The notes under the pieces: model-generated
Told to the model about the DNA's origin: nothing
The model's database searches: none
Seen by the model: only the letters and a program-made list of their open reading frames with translations
Shown here: in pieces, positions 10,575-20,892 of the stretch
How positions within the stretch are numbered: the stretch's first letter is position 1
Layout: the number at the start of each line of letters is the position of its first letter
Program-made: the position numbers and the translations under genes
Source of the DNA: Candidatus Bathyarchaeota archaeon
Lineage (GTDB): Archaea > Thermoproteota > Bathyarchaeia > Bathyarchaeales > Bathycorpusculaceae
Assembly: GCA_963717465.1 (NCBI GenBank)
Contig: OY970340.1
Coordinates: 1,824,001-1,888,000 of the forward strand
Direction of reading: 5' to 3'
Length of the DNA: 64,000 nucleotides

Positions 10575-12440
10575 ATGTGCCTGAAGTACATACGCTCAAG
10601 TATGAAGCTCGCTCGATTGGAAATATCAAATTATCGCAGCATTAAGCAATTAGATATGGATTTTGGTGCCTCTACTATAATAGTCGGCAAGAATAACACA
10701 GGCAAATCAAATATCCTGAGAGCTATTGATATTGTTTTAGGAGAGCGCTTTTTTAAGCCGACTAAAAACGATTTTTTCGATGGTGATGAAACTCGAACTA
10801 TACAGATAATTTTGCATTTTGATGATTTCACTGATGAAGAAATTAACGAAATTACATCAAAAATAAAATACCCTTGCTATGTTGAACATAATTATTACAG
10901 GGCAATCGATTACACCGGGTTTCTGTATGCTACACGCTCGGCTCGTCTTGAAATAGAAATGTCCAATGTTGGACTTGAAAAGAAACTTTACCTTGGAGGC
11001 GTTTACTACAAGTACCTTTCTACTGAGCTTAAGAATGCCATAATCACTTCAGTACATATTCCATCAGTTCGTGACCATACGCAGATTCTAAAGACAACGG
11101 ATTACTCGTTTTTGGGAAAATTGCTTGCAAAGCTTTATGATGGCGCAGACGCAACAAAGAAAACTGAGCTTAATCAGAAACTAAGCGAAGGCAATGATGT
11201 TTGTAATGATATTTTCTTGAAATACCAGAATAGACTTAATGAGATTAGTTCAGCCATTATTAGTCACAACGGGGTTAAGTTTTCCTTTTTGCCAAGTAAC
11301 CCTCGCGAAAGTTATAGAAAACTTGAGATTCTTCTCGATGACGGGATAGAAACTGGATTGGACTTTAAAGGCTCAGGTATTCAAAGCGTTATCATAATTT
11401 CATTATTCAAATTGTATAGCGAAGTCAAGGCAGGACAAGCACTAATTCTAATCGAAGAACCAGAGCTGTTTCTGCATCCTCACGCCAACCGCCACATGGC
11501 AAGCGTTTTAAAGGACTTTTGTACTTCTGAAGGAGTCCAGCTTATAATCACTACTCACTCTCCCCAATACTTGTTAGACAGAGACATTTCCGAGATAGTA
11601 TTAGTAAGGAAAGTTGGCAAAGAAACTTCAGTCAAGAGAGCAACTGGTGCTATTGATGAAGTGAAACTCAAAAAAGAACTTTCTGAATCTAACCTTGAAT
11701 TGTTCTTTTCCGAAAAAGTGGTTCTTGTTGAAGGTCAAAGCGATAAAATAATGTTACAGGCTTTCGCCAAATCCATTGACGACAAATTTGATTTTGATGC
11801 AAAGAACATTGGTGTTATCGAAACGGGTAGCAAAGCTAACTTAGACATTTTCATCGATTTATTGGAAGCCTTTGAGGTTCCTTGGTTGGCTGTTGTTGAT
11901 AAAGACTTGCTTGATGACAAAGGAACTTTGGGACGAATGAATACACATTTCAATTTAGGCATTGTCGACACCGATTCAAGTGCTCAGAAATCAGATACGC
12001 TAAAAGCTAAGGGTATAAATGTTCTACAGTTTGGAGAGATAGAAAACTATTACAACAAAGATTGGCTGTATAATGTTTTGTATGACTTCATCGACGAAAC
12101 GAACCTTCCTCAAAAAACCGATATCAAGACTTTGATACAAAACATGACTAGCTCTGACGATTCAGCCTCGCTGAAGCGACAATTAGGAACTAGCGGCTGG
12201 TTAACCCTCGATATCGATGATGTAGTAAACAGAGTAATTAATTGTAAGGTTGGCTTAATTCCTGTTAACATGGAAGCGCAAAGACTCGGAAATAAGCTGC
12301 AAGATGAAATATTTAGTTGCTTCCAACTAACCAAACCAAAAATTGCTTTGAAAATTAAGAAGTATGTCAACGTGAATAGTTTACCTGATAACAAGAAAGA
12401 GGAGCTAACCGAATTATTATCTAGAGTTTTTGCTACATAA
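10575..12440 (+). CDS. OLD-family ATP-dependent nuclease (ABC ATPase + TOPRIM); probable start 10602
   Basis: NYRSI, Walker A GKNNTGKS, GSG signature, IEEPELFLHP, TTHSP, TOPRIM VLVEGQSD and DKD. Confidence 0.92.
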   Translation: MCLKYIRSSMKLARLEISNYRSIKQLDMDFGASTIIVGKNNTGKSNILRAIDIVLGERFFKPTKNDFFDGDETRTIQIILHFDDFTDEEINEITSKIKYPCYVEHNYYRAIDYTGFLYATRSARLEIEMSNVGLEKKLYLGGVYYKYLSTELKNAIITSVHIPSVRDHTQILKTTDYSFLGKLLAKLYDGADATKKTELNQKLSEGNDVCNDIFLKYQNRLNEISSAIISHNGVKFSFLPSNPRESYRKLEILLDDGIETGLDFKGSGIQSVIIISLFKLYSEVKAGQALILIEEPELFLHPHANRHMASVLKDFCTSEGVQLIITTHSPQYLLDRDISEIVLVRKVGKETSVKRATGAIDEVKLKKELSESNLELFFSEKVVLVEGQSDKIMLQAFAKSIDDKFDFDAKNIGVIETGSKANLDIFIDLLEAFEVPWLAVVDKDLLDDKGTLGRMNTHFNLGIVDTDSSAQKSDTLKAKGINVLQFGEIENYYNKDWLYNVLYDFIDETNLPQKTDIKTLIQNMTSSDDSASLKRQLGTSGWLTLDIDDVVNRVINCKVGLIPVNMEAQRLGNKLQDEIFSCFQLTKPKIALKIKKYVNVNSLPDNKKEELTELLSRVFAT

Positions 12441-12520
12441 TACCTCGCAAGATTATACCAAGAACTTGATTTAAGCTGCTTAGCCCCAAACTTTTATCCC
12501 TGCTTTGCTATCCTTGTTTT

Positions 12521-13268
12521 ATGATTCGGATTAAAGAATTGCCCGATGGCAATCCCTTCATCTTGTCCGCTGTAACAGAATTCTCGGATTCGATGGGGTA
12601 TTGCGAATTCAAGATTAAACACTTACTGCGAGGAATCAAGCCTCCGCAAACTAGAATAACAATTGAAGGAACAAAATCGCACGAAAAAGAGGTTGAATAT
12701 GAGAAAGAACACTTCAAATTTGTTCCAGTTACTTCTGAAGAGGTTGCTGACTTCACGAAGGATATTGAGTTTGCTCGTGAAGCAATTTTTACAAGATTCC
12801 TAACGAAGATACCTTTTGGCGATAAAACTGTAACAATGCTGCTAATCGGTCAATCTGATAAGGTTGCAAGAAGTAAAGGTATGTTAATAGTTGAAGACAC
12901 CAAGTTCCCGCAAGACACTAGTAAATACACTGAGCTAAGCAAGCCTTATGACGACCAGATATTGCAGACTCTTTTGTATCTGAATTCCAGTTTTTCTACT
13001 ACCGATTCTTTGGAACCTAAGGATTGGTTTACTATTTCACATGAGGAAAAGGTCTGGATTGTAAACATCAAGGATAAGCAGACAAGGCAGAGTGTTAGAG
13101 TCTTTAAGGGTTCTCAGACAGAAGAGGCTAAAAATTTTCTTAACGGTAAGCTTAGCAAGTTTGCCTTGATAAGTTTAGGTATTCAAGAACCAGACCATCA
13201 TAACAGTGTTAGAAAATGCCGGAAGCTGCAGGTACTTTGGCGATTGCGAGTATAAAGTGACTTCTTAA
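12521..13268 (+). CDS. Cas4-like PD-(D/E)XK nuclease with probable Fe-S cluster (frameshift near the 3' end)
   Basis: GYCE, EG..SHE, GQSD...IVEDTK and Q...Y motifs; removing one base near 13222 restores CRSCRYFGDC. Confidence 0.8.
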
Positions 13269-13552
13269 AACCTCACCCTCTGTGGAAGTGAGCAGTTAAT
13301 TACTACTAAGTCTGCAAGGGATAAAGAATAAGGATAGGGCTGCGACTTTGGCGGATAATGTCTTGAATCAAGCTTTTTTTTGGTTTGTATGAATTCTTCG
13401 CAAACATAATTCTTGGACGCATTGTTTTGCGACTATTTCACTGATTTCTTAGTTCAACTTGTTCTCTTTTTGCTTCGTTGTCGGTGAATTTATTTAGGAT
13501 TTGTGGTAAACCCGATGTAATTTTGACAGGCGTCTACCAATGTCTTAATTAG

Positions 13553-15064
13553 GTGTTTACATATCAGAATGATTACATGAACCATCAAGAGCTAGTATCC
13601 CTGAATCCTTGGTGGGACGACCCTAAACTAATTTTACGGGACAAAAATTTAGTCAGAAGAGCCGAATCAAATTTCAACTGGATACCACGTTTACTATTCT
13701 TTTTCAAAATCGATGAAGATGCCATTTACACCGTAAGAGGACCACGACAAGTCGGCAAAACCACATTTGTAAAACTGATGATACAAAAAATACTTGATTC
13801 AAAGGTTCAGTCTAACCAGGTTTTCTTTTGGGCATGTGATTTGGTAGAGAACCCAAAGGAATTAGTGGCTGTGATTAACAGTTACTTGAATTATGCGAGA
13901 GAAAAACATGATGAAAGGTTATACATTTTTCTTGATGAAATCTCGTCCGTAAAAGACTGGCAAAAAGGAATAAAATTTCTTGTCGATTCTGGTTCTTTAA
14001 AGAATTGTACCTTGATACTTACAGGCTCTCACAGTTTAGACATAAAAACTTCAGCTGAGCGGCTTCCTGGGAGGAGAGGAAACGTTGAGGATGTTTTGGA
14101 CAAGGTTTTCCTTCCAATGAAATTTTCCGAGTTTGTTGACGTTAGAAGCGACAACTTACGAAAAGCAATTCGTTTCCTTAACCTTCTGAAAAGGGTAAGG
14201 CGTGACGAGATTATCTTGCAGCTTGCTAAAGCCAAGATTCCAAAAGAACTTGAAAAACTTAATACCTATTCAAAAGAACTTTCAAAACTATTTCAGGAGT
14301 ATCTGATAACTGGCGGTATACCCTCTGCTATAGATGCATACATTGCAAATGGAGAAATTCCAGCAAATGTCTACGAGATTTATGTAAGCTCCATGTTGGG
14401 AGACTTAGCACGTTGGAAACAGAACCAACGACGAATGACCCAGATAGTTCAGCGCCTCGTAGAATGCCTCTCTATTCAAGTGAATTGGAATTCACTGTGC
14501 AAGCAAACAGATATGACTCCTCAAACCATGCAAGAATATGTGGACGCCTTGCAATCTGCCTTTGTTGTGTCAACGGTATACCGTCTTGACCGAAACAAGG
14601 CTGCTCCAAGTTTTGAAAAAGATAAAAAGGTCTATTTCGAAGACCCATTCATTTTCCACGCTTTAAGAGGCTGGGCTTTCTCTATACCTCAATATCTTAG
14701 CGCACTTGAATTTTTGGGCAATCCTGAAGCTTGCTCAAAACTGGTTGAATCCGTAGTATGCGACCATATCATAAGACTAACATTCAATATGTTCCCCAGC
14801 TCATCTTATGAATACACAAACAGAGTTTTTTATTGGGAAGATTCGAGTAAAAAGGAAGTGGATTTCGTAGTTAAGCTAGACGGAACATATATCCCGATTG
14901 AAGTAAAGTTTCGATCTGACGTTAAAACCGATGACCTTAATGGGCTTCATAACTTCATGGAAGGCGGTTCGTGCAATGGGGGAATAGTCATAACCAAAAA
15001 TCAACTGAAAACTGAGCAAGGCATTGCTTATGTACCTTATTACTTATTCCTTGCTTTGATTTAA
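13553..15064 (+). CDS. AAA_14 ATPase with DUF4143/PD-(D/E)XK C-terminus; probable start 13577
   Basis: NPWW, GPRQVGKTT, FLDEI, TGS, GGIP and EVDFV...IPIEVK motifs. Confidence 0.92.
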   Translation: MFTYQNDYMNHQELVSLNPWWDDPKLILRDKNLVRRAESNFNWIPRLLFFFKIDEDAIYTVRGPRQVGKTTFVKLMIQKILDSKVQSNQVFFWACDLVENPKELVAVINSYLNYAREKHDERLYIFLDEISSVKDWQKGIKFLVDSGSLKNCTLILTGSHSLDIKTSAERLPGRRGNVEDVLDKVFLPMKFSEFVDVRSDNLRKAIRFLNLLKRVRRDEIILQLAKAKIPKELEKLNTYSKELSKLFQEYLITGGIPSAIDAYIANGEIPANVYEIYVSSMLGDLARWKQNQRRMTQIVQRLVECLSIQVNWNSLCKQTDMTPQTMQEYVDALQSAFVVSTVYRLDRNKAAPSFEKDKKVYFEDPFIFHALRGWAFSIPQYLSALEFLGNPEACSKLVESVVCDHIIRLTFNMFPSSSYEYTNRVFYWEDSSKKEVDFVVKLDGTYIPIEVKFRSDVKTDDLNGLHNFMEGGSCNGGIVITKNQLKTEQGIAYVPYYLFLALI

Positions 15065-15276
15065 TATATTTCTCGGATTTCTTAAGTAAACCAAAACCTG
15101 CCTAGATTTTACACCATTGCTTTTACAATTTTACAACTTTTACATTTTTAGAGTTAAAAGCAAGGTAAAACATCATTTCCAGAGCACTTTGTTATTCACA
15201 TCATCAGCATGCTTTTATTTGTGGGTTAAGAACTATTGATTTACAAAAACAAAAAGATGTTACGAAGGCAAATTTC

Positions 15277-16806
15277 ATGGTTGAGCTTAGGGTGCATGAG
15301 CAAAAGATTCTTTCTGCTTTGGAGAAGCTTGGCCAAAAGGCTTCAGTGGAACAATTAATCGAAGCCTGTGGTTTTCCAGATGCTGCAATCATGCGTTCCG
15401 CTTTAGTTTTGCAGGAAGAAGGATTAGTTGAAGTGCACGCTGAGCATAAAAACATAGTCAAATTAACAGTTGAGGGCGAACAATACGCAAAAAATGGTTT
15501 GCCCGAACGCAACCTGATCAAATCCGTCGCTTTACTCGGCGGAAGCTCTGATTTGCAGAAAGCAGCCAAAGAAGCAGGATTGTCACCACAATTTATTCAG
15601 ATTGCGCTCGGTTGGACGCTTAGGAAAAAATGGGCAGTTTTCCTTTCAGATTCAAATACAATTCGCATAGCTGAGGCTTTTCTGCATCAGGCGTTCATTC
15701 CAGAAGGAACTGATGAAAAACTGCTAAGTTACTTATGCGATAAGTCACAGGCTTCTTTGGATGATTTAAGTAAGGAACTTCAGGAAGCCGCTGAAACACT
15801 AAAAAAACGAAAGCTTCTAACAGTTGACCCGAAAACCCGCAGAATCCTTCAAATCACTTCTGAAGGTAAAAAAGCCGTAACAGAAAGCAAAATAGCTATT
15901 CAAGAAGTTACGCAACTTACTCCGGAACTAATTATTTCAGGCAAGTGGCGCGCGACAAAGCTTCAAAAATACAACATTCAAGCGCCAGTAGCGAAGACTT
16001 GGGCTGGGAAAAAGCATCCGTACTTGAGCTTTTTAGATGAAGTTAGAGCGAAACTTGTCACTTTGGGCTTCAAAGAGATGACTGGGACAAACGTTGAGAC
16101 TTGCTTGTTCAACTTTGATGCACTATACACTCCCCAAGATCACCCAGCACGGGAACTGAGCGATATTTATTACATTAAAGAACCCAAATACGGCGACGTA
16201 AGCAAGCATGAGAAAATCGTTGAGCAAATAAAGAGAACACATGAGACCGGTTGGAAAACAGGTTCAACGGGCTGGGGATACAAATATAGTTCCGATGTTG
16301 CTAAGCGATTAATTCTGCGTGGACACGGAACGTGCCTTAGTGCAAGAACGTTAGCTAATAAAAATCTTGAAGTTCCAAGTAAATACTTCTCGATAGCGCG
16401 TGTTTATAGACCAGAACTTATTGATAAAACTCATCTTTCAGAATTTAACCAAGTTGAAGGAATAGTTGTTGACAAAGACTTAACGCTAAAAGATCTTCTA
16501 GGCGTCCTGGGAAAATTCGCCTTAGAAATTGCTGAAGCTGACAAAATACGCTTCAAACCCGACTACTTCCCATTCACTGAACCCAGCGTTGAATTAAGCG
16601 CTTACAAAGAAGGTTACGGCTGGGTTGAATTCGGCGGCTCAGGAATCTTCCGTCCAGAAGTAACCATGCCTCTAGGCGTAAAAGTGCCCGTCATAGCTTG
16701 GGGTTTAGGCGTCGATCGACTGTTCATGATGCGAGCAGGAATGCAAGACATCCGCTGCATTTTCAGTCAAGACCTTGATTGGCTACGAAAAAAGCAGGTG
16801 ACATAA
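15277..16806 (+). CDS. pheS: Phenylalanine--tRNA ligase alpha subunit
   Basis: NFDALYTPQDHPAR, EFNQVEG and YFPFTEPS motifs; archaeal N-terminal extension. Confidence 0.98.
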   Translation: MVELRVHEQKILSALEKLGQKASVEQLIEACGFPDAAIMRSALVLQEEGLVEVHAEHKNIVKLTVEGEQYAKNGLPERNLIKSVALLGGSSDLQKAAKEAGLSPQFIQIALGWTLRKKWAVFLSDSNTIRIAEAFLHQAFIPEGTDEKLLSYLCDKSQASLDDLSKELQEAAETLKKRKLLTVDPKTRRILQITSEGKKAVTESKIAIQEVTQLTPELIISGKWRATKLQKYNIQAPVAKTWAGKKHPYLSFLDEVRAKLVTLGFKEMTGTNVETCLFNFDALYTPQDHPARELSDIYYIKEPKYGDVSKHEKIVEQIKRTHETGWKTGSTGWGYKYSSDVAKRLILRGHGTCLSARTLANKNLEVPSKYFSIARVYRPELIDKTHLSEFNQVEGIVVDKDLTLKDLLGVLGKFALEIAEADKIRFKPDYFPFTEPSVELSAYKEGYGWVEFGGSGIFRPEVTMPLGVKVPVIAWGLGVDRLFMMRAGMQDIRCIFSQDLDWLRKKQVT

Positions 16807-16809
16807 AAA

Positions 16810-18531
16810 ATGCCCACAATCGATGTTGACTATTCCGAACTTGAAAATTTACTCAAATTAAATCTTCAAGGAAACATGGAGAAACTCGACGAGATTTTAG
16901 CGTATGTGAAAGCTGAAGTTAAAGGATACAATCAACAAGATAACAATTTAACCATAGAAATGAAAGATACGAATCGCCCAGATCTTTGGAGCGTTGAAGG
17001 TCTCGCAAGGGGACTACGAGGTTATCTTAATCAAGAAAAAGGATTGAAGCAGTATTCTGCTGGAAAATCAATTGTTAAAGTGAACGTTAACCCGAAGCTT
17101 TTCAATATTCGGCCATATATTTGTTGTTCAATTGTAAAAGATGTTCACTTGAATGATAAATCCATCCGTGGACTTATGCACCTGCAAGATAAACTGGACA
17201 AAACGTATGGGCGAAGCCGCCAAAAAACCTCTATTGGAATTTACGATTTTAACTTGATAACGCCCCCTTTGGAATATACAGTGGCGAAGCCTGACCAAGT
17301 GAGCTTTGTTCCATTAGGATTTACTGAAAAGTTGACTTTAAATGAGATGTTAGAGCGTCATCCAAAAGGAATCGAATACGGGCATATTGTGAAGAACCAG
17401 AGCGTCTATCCTATTCTGCTTGATTCAAATAATAAGCCGCTTTCTTTTCCACCGATAATTAACTCAAATGATTTAGGAAAGATCACTGAAGATACAAAAG
17501 ACTTACTAGTGGAAGTAACGGGCACAATTCATCAGACTGTTCTTAATACACTTAATTTAGTGACACTAAACTTAATCGACGTTGGCGGGAAAGCTTTTTC
17601 AGCAACAATTAATTATCCAAAAAGCAATTACAAACAAAAAAACGTTGGAACACCCAACTTTAACAACCGATGCATGCAGTTAAGCGTTGATTATACTAAT
17701 CAACTATTGGGCTTAAAACTTACAGCAAAAAAAATATCTGAATTACTCTGCATTGCAGGTTTTAGCGTTAAAAAGATCACTCAAGAAAAAGTCTTTGTTC
17801 TTGTTCCCTGCTACCGAATTGATGTCATGCATCAAGTTGACTTGATTGAAGACGTGGCAATTGCGTACGGATACAACAACATGGAACCGCTCTGGCGTGA
17901 CTTGCCAACGACTGGATGCGCAAAGCCCGATCAACGACTAATTAATGTAGCCAGAGATTTCATGGTTGGTTTAGGATTCCAAGAAGTTTTAAATTATACG
18001 TTGACTAATCCGGAGAATCTCTTCGATAAAATGAATGCTGAAAGACAAACTGTAGTCGAGCTGTATAATCCTAAAATCGTAACCATGACTTGCCTTAGAA
18101 ACTGGTTGCTTCCAAGCCTGATTGAATTTTTAAGCAACAATCAATCAGTCGAGTTTCCACAAAAAATCTTTGAACTTGGCAAAGTTACATTACACGATGA
18201 GGAGAGCGAAACTAAAACCAGAAATGAAGAATGGCTTTCGGCAGTGTCAACACATGCAACGGCAGGTTTCAGTGAAGCAAAATCGGCCTTAGACTCATTT
18301 TTCATGAATTTTGGAGTTGACTGGCAGATAAAAGAGTCAAGTCATCCGAGCTTTATTGAAGGAAGAGCTGGCAACATAATCGTTGATAATCAAGTTGTGG
18401 GCATTGTAGGCGAAATAAGTCCGAAAGTACTGGAAGTCTGGAAACTTGAGAATCCAGTCGCAGGTTTTGAAGTCAACTTGCAGAAAATAATCGATGGTAA
18501 GCTCTTAAGTAAAGCGTCTTTGAAAGCGTAA
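16810..18531 (+). CDS. pheT: Phenylalanine--tRNA ligase beta subunit
   Basis: NRPDLWSVEG, SFPPIINS and DLIEDVAIAYGY motifs. Confidence 0.98.
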   Translation: MPTIDVDYSELENLLKLNLQGNMEKLDEILAYVKAEVKGYNQQDNNLTIEMKDTNRPDLWSVEGLARGLRGYLNQEKGLKQYSAGKSIVKVNVNPKLFNIRPYICCSIVKDVHLNDKSIRGLMHLQDKLDKTYGRSRQKTSIGIYDFNLITPPLEYTVAKPDQVSFVPLGFTEKLTLNEMLERHPKGIEYGHIVKNQSVYPILLDSNNKPLSFPPIINSNDLGKITEDTKDLLVEVTGTIHQTVLNTLNLVTLNLIDVGGKAFSATINYPKSNYKQKNVGTPNFNNRCMQLSVDYTNQLLGLKLTAKKISELLCIAGFSVKKITQEKVFVLVPCYRIDVMHQVDLIEDVAIAYGYNNMEPLWRDLPTTGCAKPDQRLINVARDFMVGLGFQEVLNYTLTNPENLFDKMNAERQTVVELYNPKIVTMTCLRNWLLPSLIEFLSNNQSVEFPQKIFELGKVTLHDEESETKTRNEEWLSAVSTHATAGFSEAKSALDSFFMNFGVDWQIKESSHPSFIEGRAGNIIVDNQVVGIVGEISPKVLEVWKLENPVAGFEVNLQKIIDGKLLSKASLKA

Positions 18532-18552
18532 GAAATGGTTTTTCAATGATTT

Positions 18553-18789
18553 CTATAACTTCGCTTCAAAACCAGTATTAGAGTTTGCAGAATTAGCAAT
18601 CATGTTTTCTTGAATTTTCTTAATTAATTCTGAATTGATTCCAAAGTCTTTAAGAACTGTGAATAATTGCTCGGCGTCGATGTAGCCGCAATCAGGATTT
18701 TCACAAACGAAGACGTCAGCAGTTCTTTTTGAGGTACGTCCACCACATTCAGGACAATTCTTAAGAATTTTAATTATGGTCATTCCCAT
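18553..18789 (-). CDS. Small zinc-ribbon protein
   Basis: CPECGG...CENPDCG. Confidence 0.65.
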   Translation of the reverse strand: MGMTIIKILKNCPECGGRTSKRTADVFVCENPDCGYIDAEQLFTVLKDFGINSELIKKIQENMIANSANSNTGFEAKL

Positions 18790-18974
18790 AACATTTCAAC
18801 TAATTTATAGATGCATTTCATAAAATTAATTCGTTTCTCTTACTCTTTAATGCTGCAAGAAAGTTTTGTTTTAACAGAAATTCAGATTGTTTTTTTCACG
18901 AAAATAAAGAATTGTGTGAATCGTCAAGCTTTTTCTTGAAGCTTGTTTGCTTTGATGTGTGTTCAACTTAAGTT

Positions 18975-19772
18975 TTAGAACCATGATAAGGTTCCATTTT
19001 TCCTTGCGCTCTTCAAACATTGCGAGTAAACGGTATAACCTAAAGGCACCATAACTGCGCACATAAGTGCTAAGATTAAAAGTTGTGGCAAGATCATTTG
19101 TACCGTCCAACCTGTCAGCATTAACCTTATGCAAGTGAAGAAATAGTATTGTGGAAGAACGTAAGAGATAACTTGAAGTGCAGCGGGCATAACTTGAGGT
19201 GGAAAAAGAACATTCCCAAATAAACTGGTTGTTAGAGTAATAAGGGCTGTCACAGGGTCACCTTGCTTAGTTACAATTAAAATTCCTGCACCAATCATGC
19301 TGAAACCAAGAAAAGTGCCAACTCCTAAAGCAAGAACGATTAAAGTTCCGATGACGTTGATGCTTAACGAAACTCCGAACCCTAAGACGCCTACTCCAAG
19401 AAAAACAATAACGACGCCAGTGCTCCAAACAAAGCCCCAAATTGAGCTGCCAATGATAAACGTGGATAAGCGTGTTGGGGAAACCAGGACTTCTTCAAGA
19501 GCCCACGGATTGATAGTTTTCTGAACTAACGTTAGGCTCTGGCTCAGGTAAGTGCTAAAGGCTAACCCGATAAGCAGATATGTTGTAAAATTTAAATGGT
19601 ACTGATTGAGATAACTTTGCATTGTGACACTCTGACCCAGAAAAGCGAATGTTAACGCACCAAAAAGCGAAGTAAACACCAATAAGAGCATGTTAGTTTT
19701 ATAAGTTGCAAAGGAAATCATGTCGCGCTTCATGAAATAATAAATTTTTTCTATTTCACCTAGAATCGTCAT
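18975..19772 (-). CDS. ABC-2 type exporter permease
   Basis: Six predicted TM segments; LEEVLVSP; abuts the ATPase gene. Confidence 0.9.
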   Translation of the reverse strand: MTILGEIEKIYYFMKRDMISFATYKTNMLLLVFTSLFGALTFAFLGQSVTMQSYLNQYHLNFTTYLLIGLAFSTYLSQSLTLVQKTINPWALEEVLVSPTRLSTFIIGSSIWGFVWSTGVVIVFLGVGVLGFGVSLSINVIGTLIVLALGVGTFLGFSMIGAGILIVTKQGDPVTALITLTTSLFGNVLFPPQVMPAALQVISYVLPQYYFFTCIRLMLTGWTVQMILPQLLILALMCAVMVPLGYTVYSQCLKSARKNGTLSWF

Positions 19773-20801
19773 TTATTCTCTCTTCCGTGTTAACTCGATA
19801 AACGCTTCTTCCAACGTCGGCTCAGCACGCTCAAAATTTAAAAGTCTAATTTTTTCCGAAAACAAGAAGCTAAATATCAAAGGCACCTGATCTAAGCTCT
19901 TTAATTGAATATCTAATTTCTTTTGACCAGATAGCAAATTCTCATTTTTCTCAGTTACGCCAATTACACTTTCAATTTTTTGCAGTTGCTCAATCTGTTT
20001 TTGAGTTATTTTTTCGACAATTATGCAAATTAACTCTGCCTTCTTTATCCTGTTTTTTATGGCATTGGGAGAATCACAAATTATCAATCTTCCTTTGCTC
20101 ATAATTCCTATTTTGTCGCAAATTTGAGATGCTTCTTCAATATAATGCGTAGTGTAAACAACTGTTTTTCCAAATTCTTTAATTACTGTATTTTTAATGA
20201 AATCGCGAATGTTTCTGGAGGATATTACATCTAGACCAGTTGTTGGTTCATCTAAAAGCAGCACTGGCGGGTCTGGAAGCAGTGTTCTTGCTAAAGCCAA
20301 TTTTCGTTTCATTCCTCCTGAATACTTTTGGTAAAGTTCACAAGCGTTGTTTTCTAACCCTACCAGTTTTACAACTTCTTTAATTCGTTCTTGCCTTTTT
20401 GCTCTTGGAACATTGCTGATTGCAGCGAAAAATTCCAGGTTCTGGTAGCCGTTGAGTCTCCAAAAAAATCCCCTTTCACCAACACTGAAAAGAGTGCCAA
20501 TTGACTGTTTCACTTTCATCGGTTCAGTATTTATATCAAACCCGTTAACTTGCGCAGTTCCTTCGTCAGGTGGAAGAAGCGTGCAGAGCATTTTCACAAG
20601 CGTAGTTTTTCCAGCACCGTTCGGGCCAAGTAAACCAAAAAGTTCACCTTTTTTGATTTCCAAATTCAGGTTATCAATTGCTTTTACCGCTATCGTTTTT
20701 TTCCACGACAAGAATCCTATTTTACTCTCTTGATTGTTGTTTAGTTTCGTCTTGAAAGTTTTCGTTAGATTAAACGTTTCAATCGCGTTTTCGTTGACCA
20801 A
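19773..20801 (-). CDS. ABC exporter ATP-binding protein
   Basis: GPNGAGKTT, YSGGMK, LLDEPT and PTLEEAF motifs. Confidence 0.96.
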   Translation of the reverse strand: MVNENAIETFNLTKTFKTKLNNNQESKIGFLSWKKTIAVKAIDNLNLEIKKGELFGLLGPNGAGKTTLVKMLCTLLPPDEGTAQVNGFDINTEPMKVKQSIGTLFSVGERGFFWRLNGYQNLEFFAAISNVPRAKRQERIKEVVKLVGLENNACELYQKYSGGMKRKLALARTLLPDPPVLLLDEPTTGLDVISSRNIRDFIKNTVIKEFGKTVVYTTHYIEEASQICDKIGIMSKGRLIICDSPNAIKNRIKKAELICIIVEKITQKQIEQLQKIESVIGVTEKNENLLSGQKKLDIQLKSLDQVPLIFSFLFSEKIRLLNFERAEPTLEEAFIELTRKRE

Positions 20802-20892
20802 TTTTTCATCTCTAATTTAATCAAAGTTAACCCGTGCTATTGTTAATTCATGAATAATTCTGCGATAATCTTGGTTATCTAAGTAAAGTTAC

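Noticed and set aside
12490..13340. Terminal inverted repeats flanking the Cas4-like gene (TTTATCCC/GGGATAAA and CTATCCTT/AAGGATAG)
   Set aside because: The two short blocks are in the wrong relative order for one inverted repeat; more likely promoter words or chance
12440..13550. CRISPR array or cas operon around the Cas4-like gene
   Set aside because: No repeat-spacer array and no cas1/cas2 anywhere in the window
10575..15064. Gabija, PARIS or retron assignment
   Set aside because: No UvrD helicase or reverse transcriptase; the protein shows ordinary OLD-type motifs and I saw nothing specific to AriA/AriB
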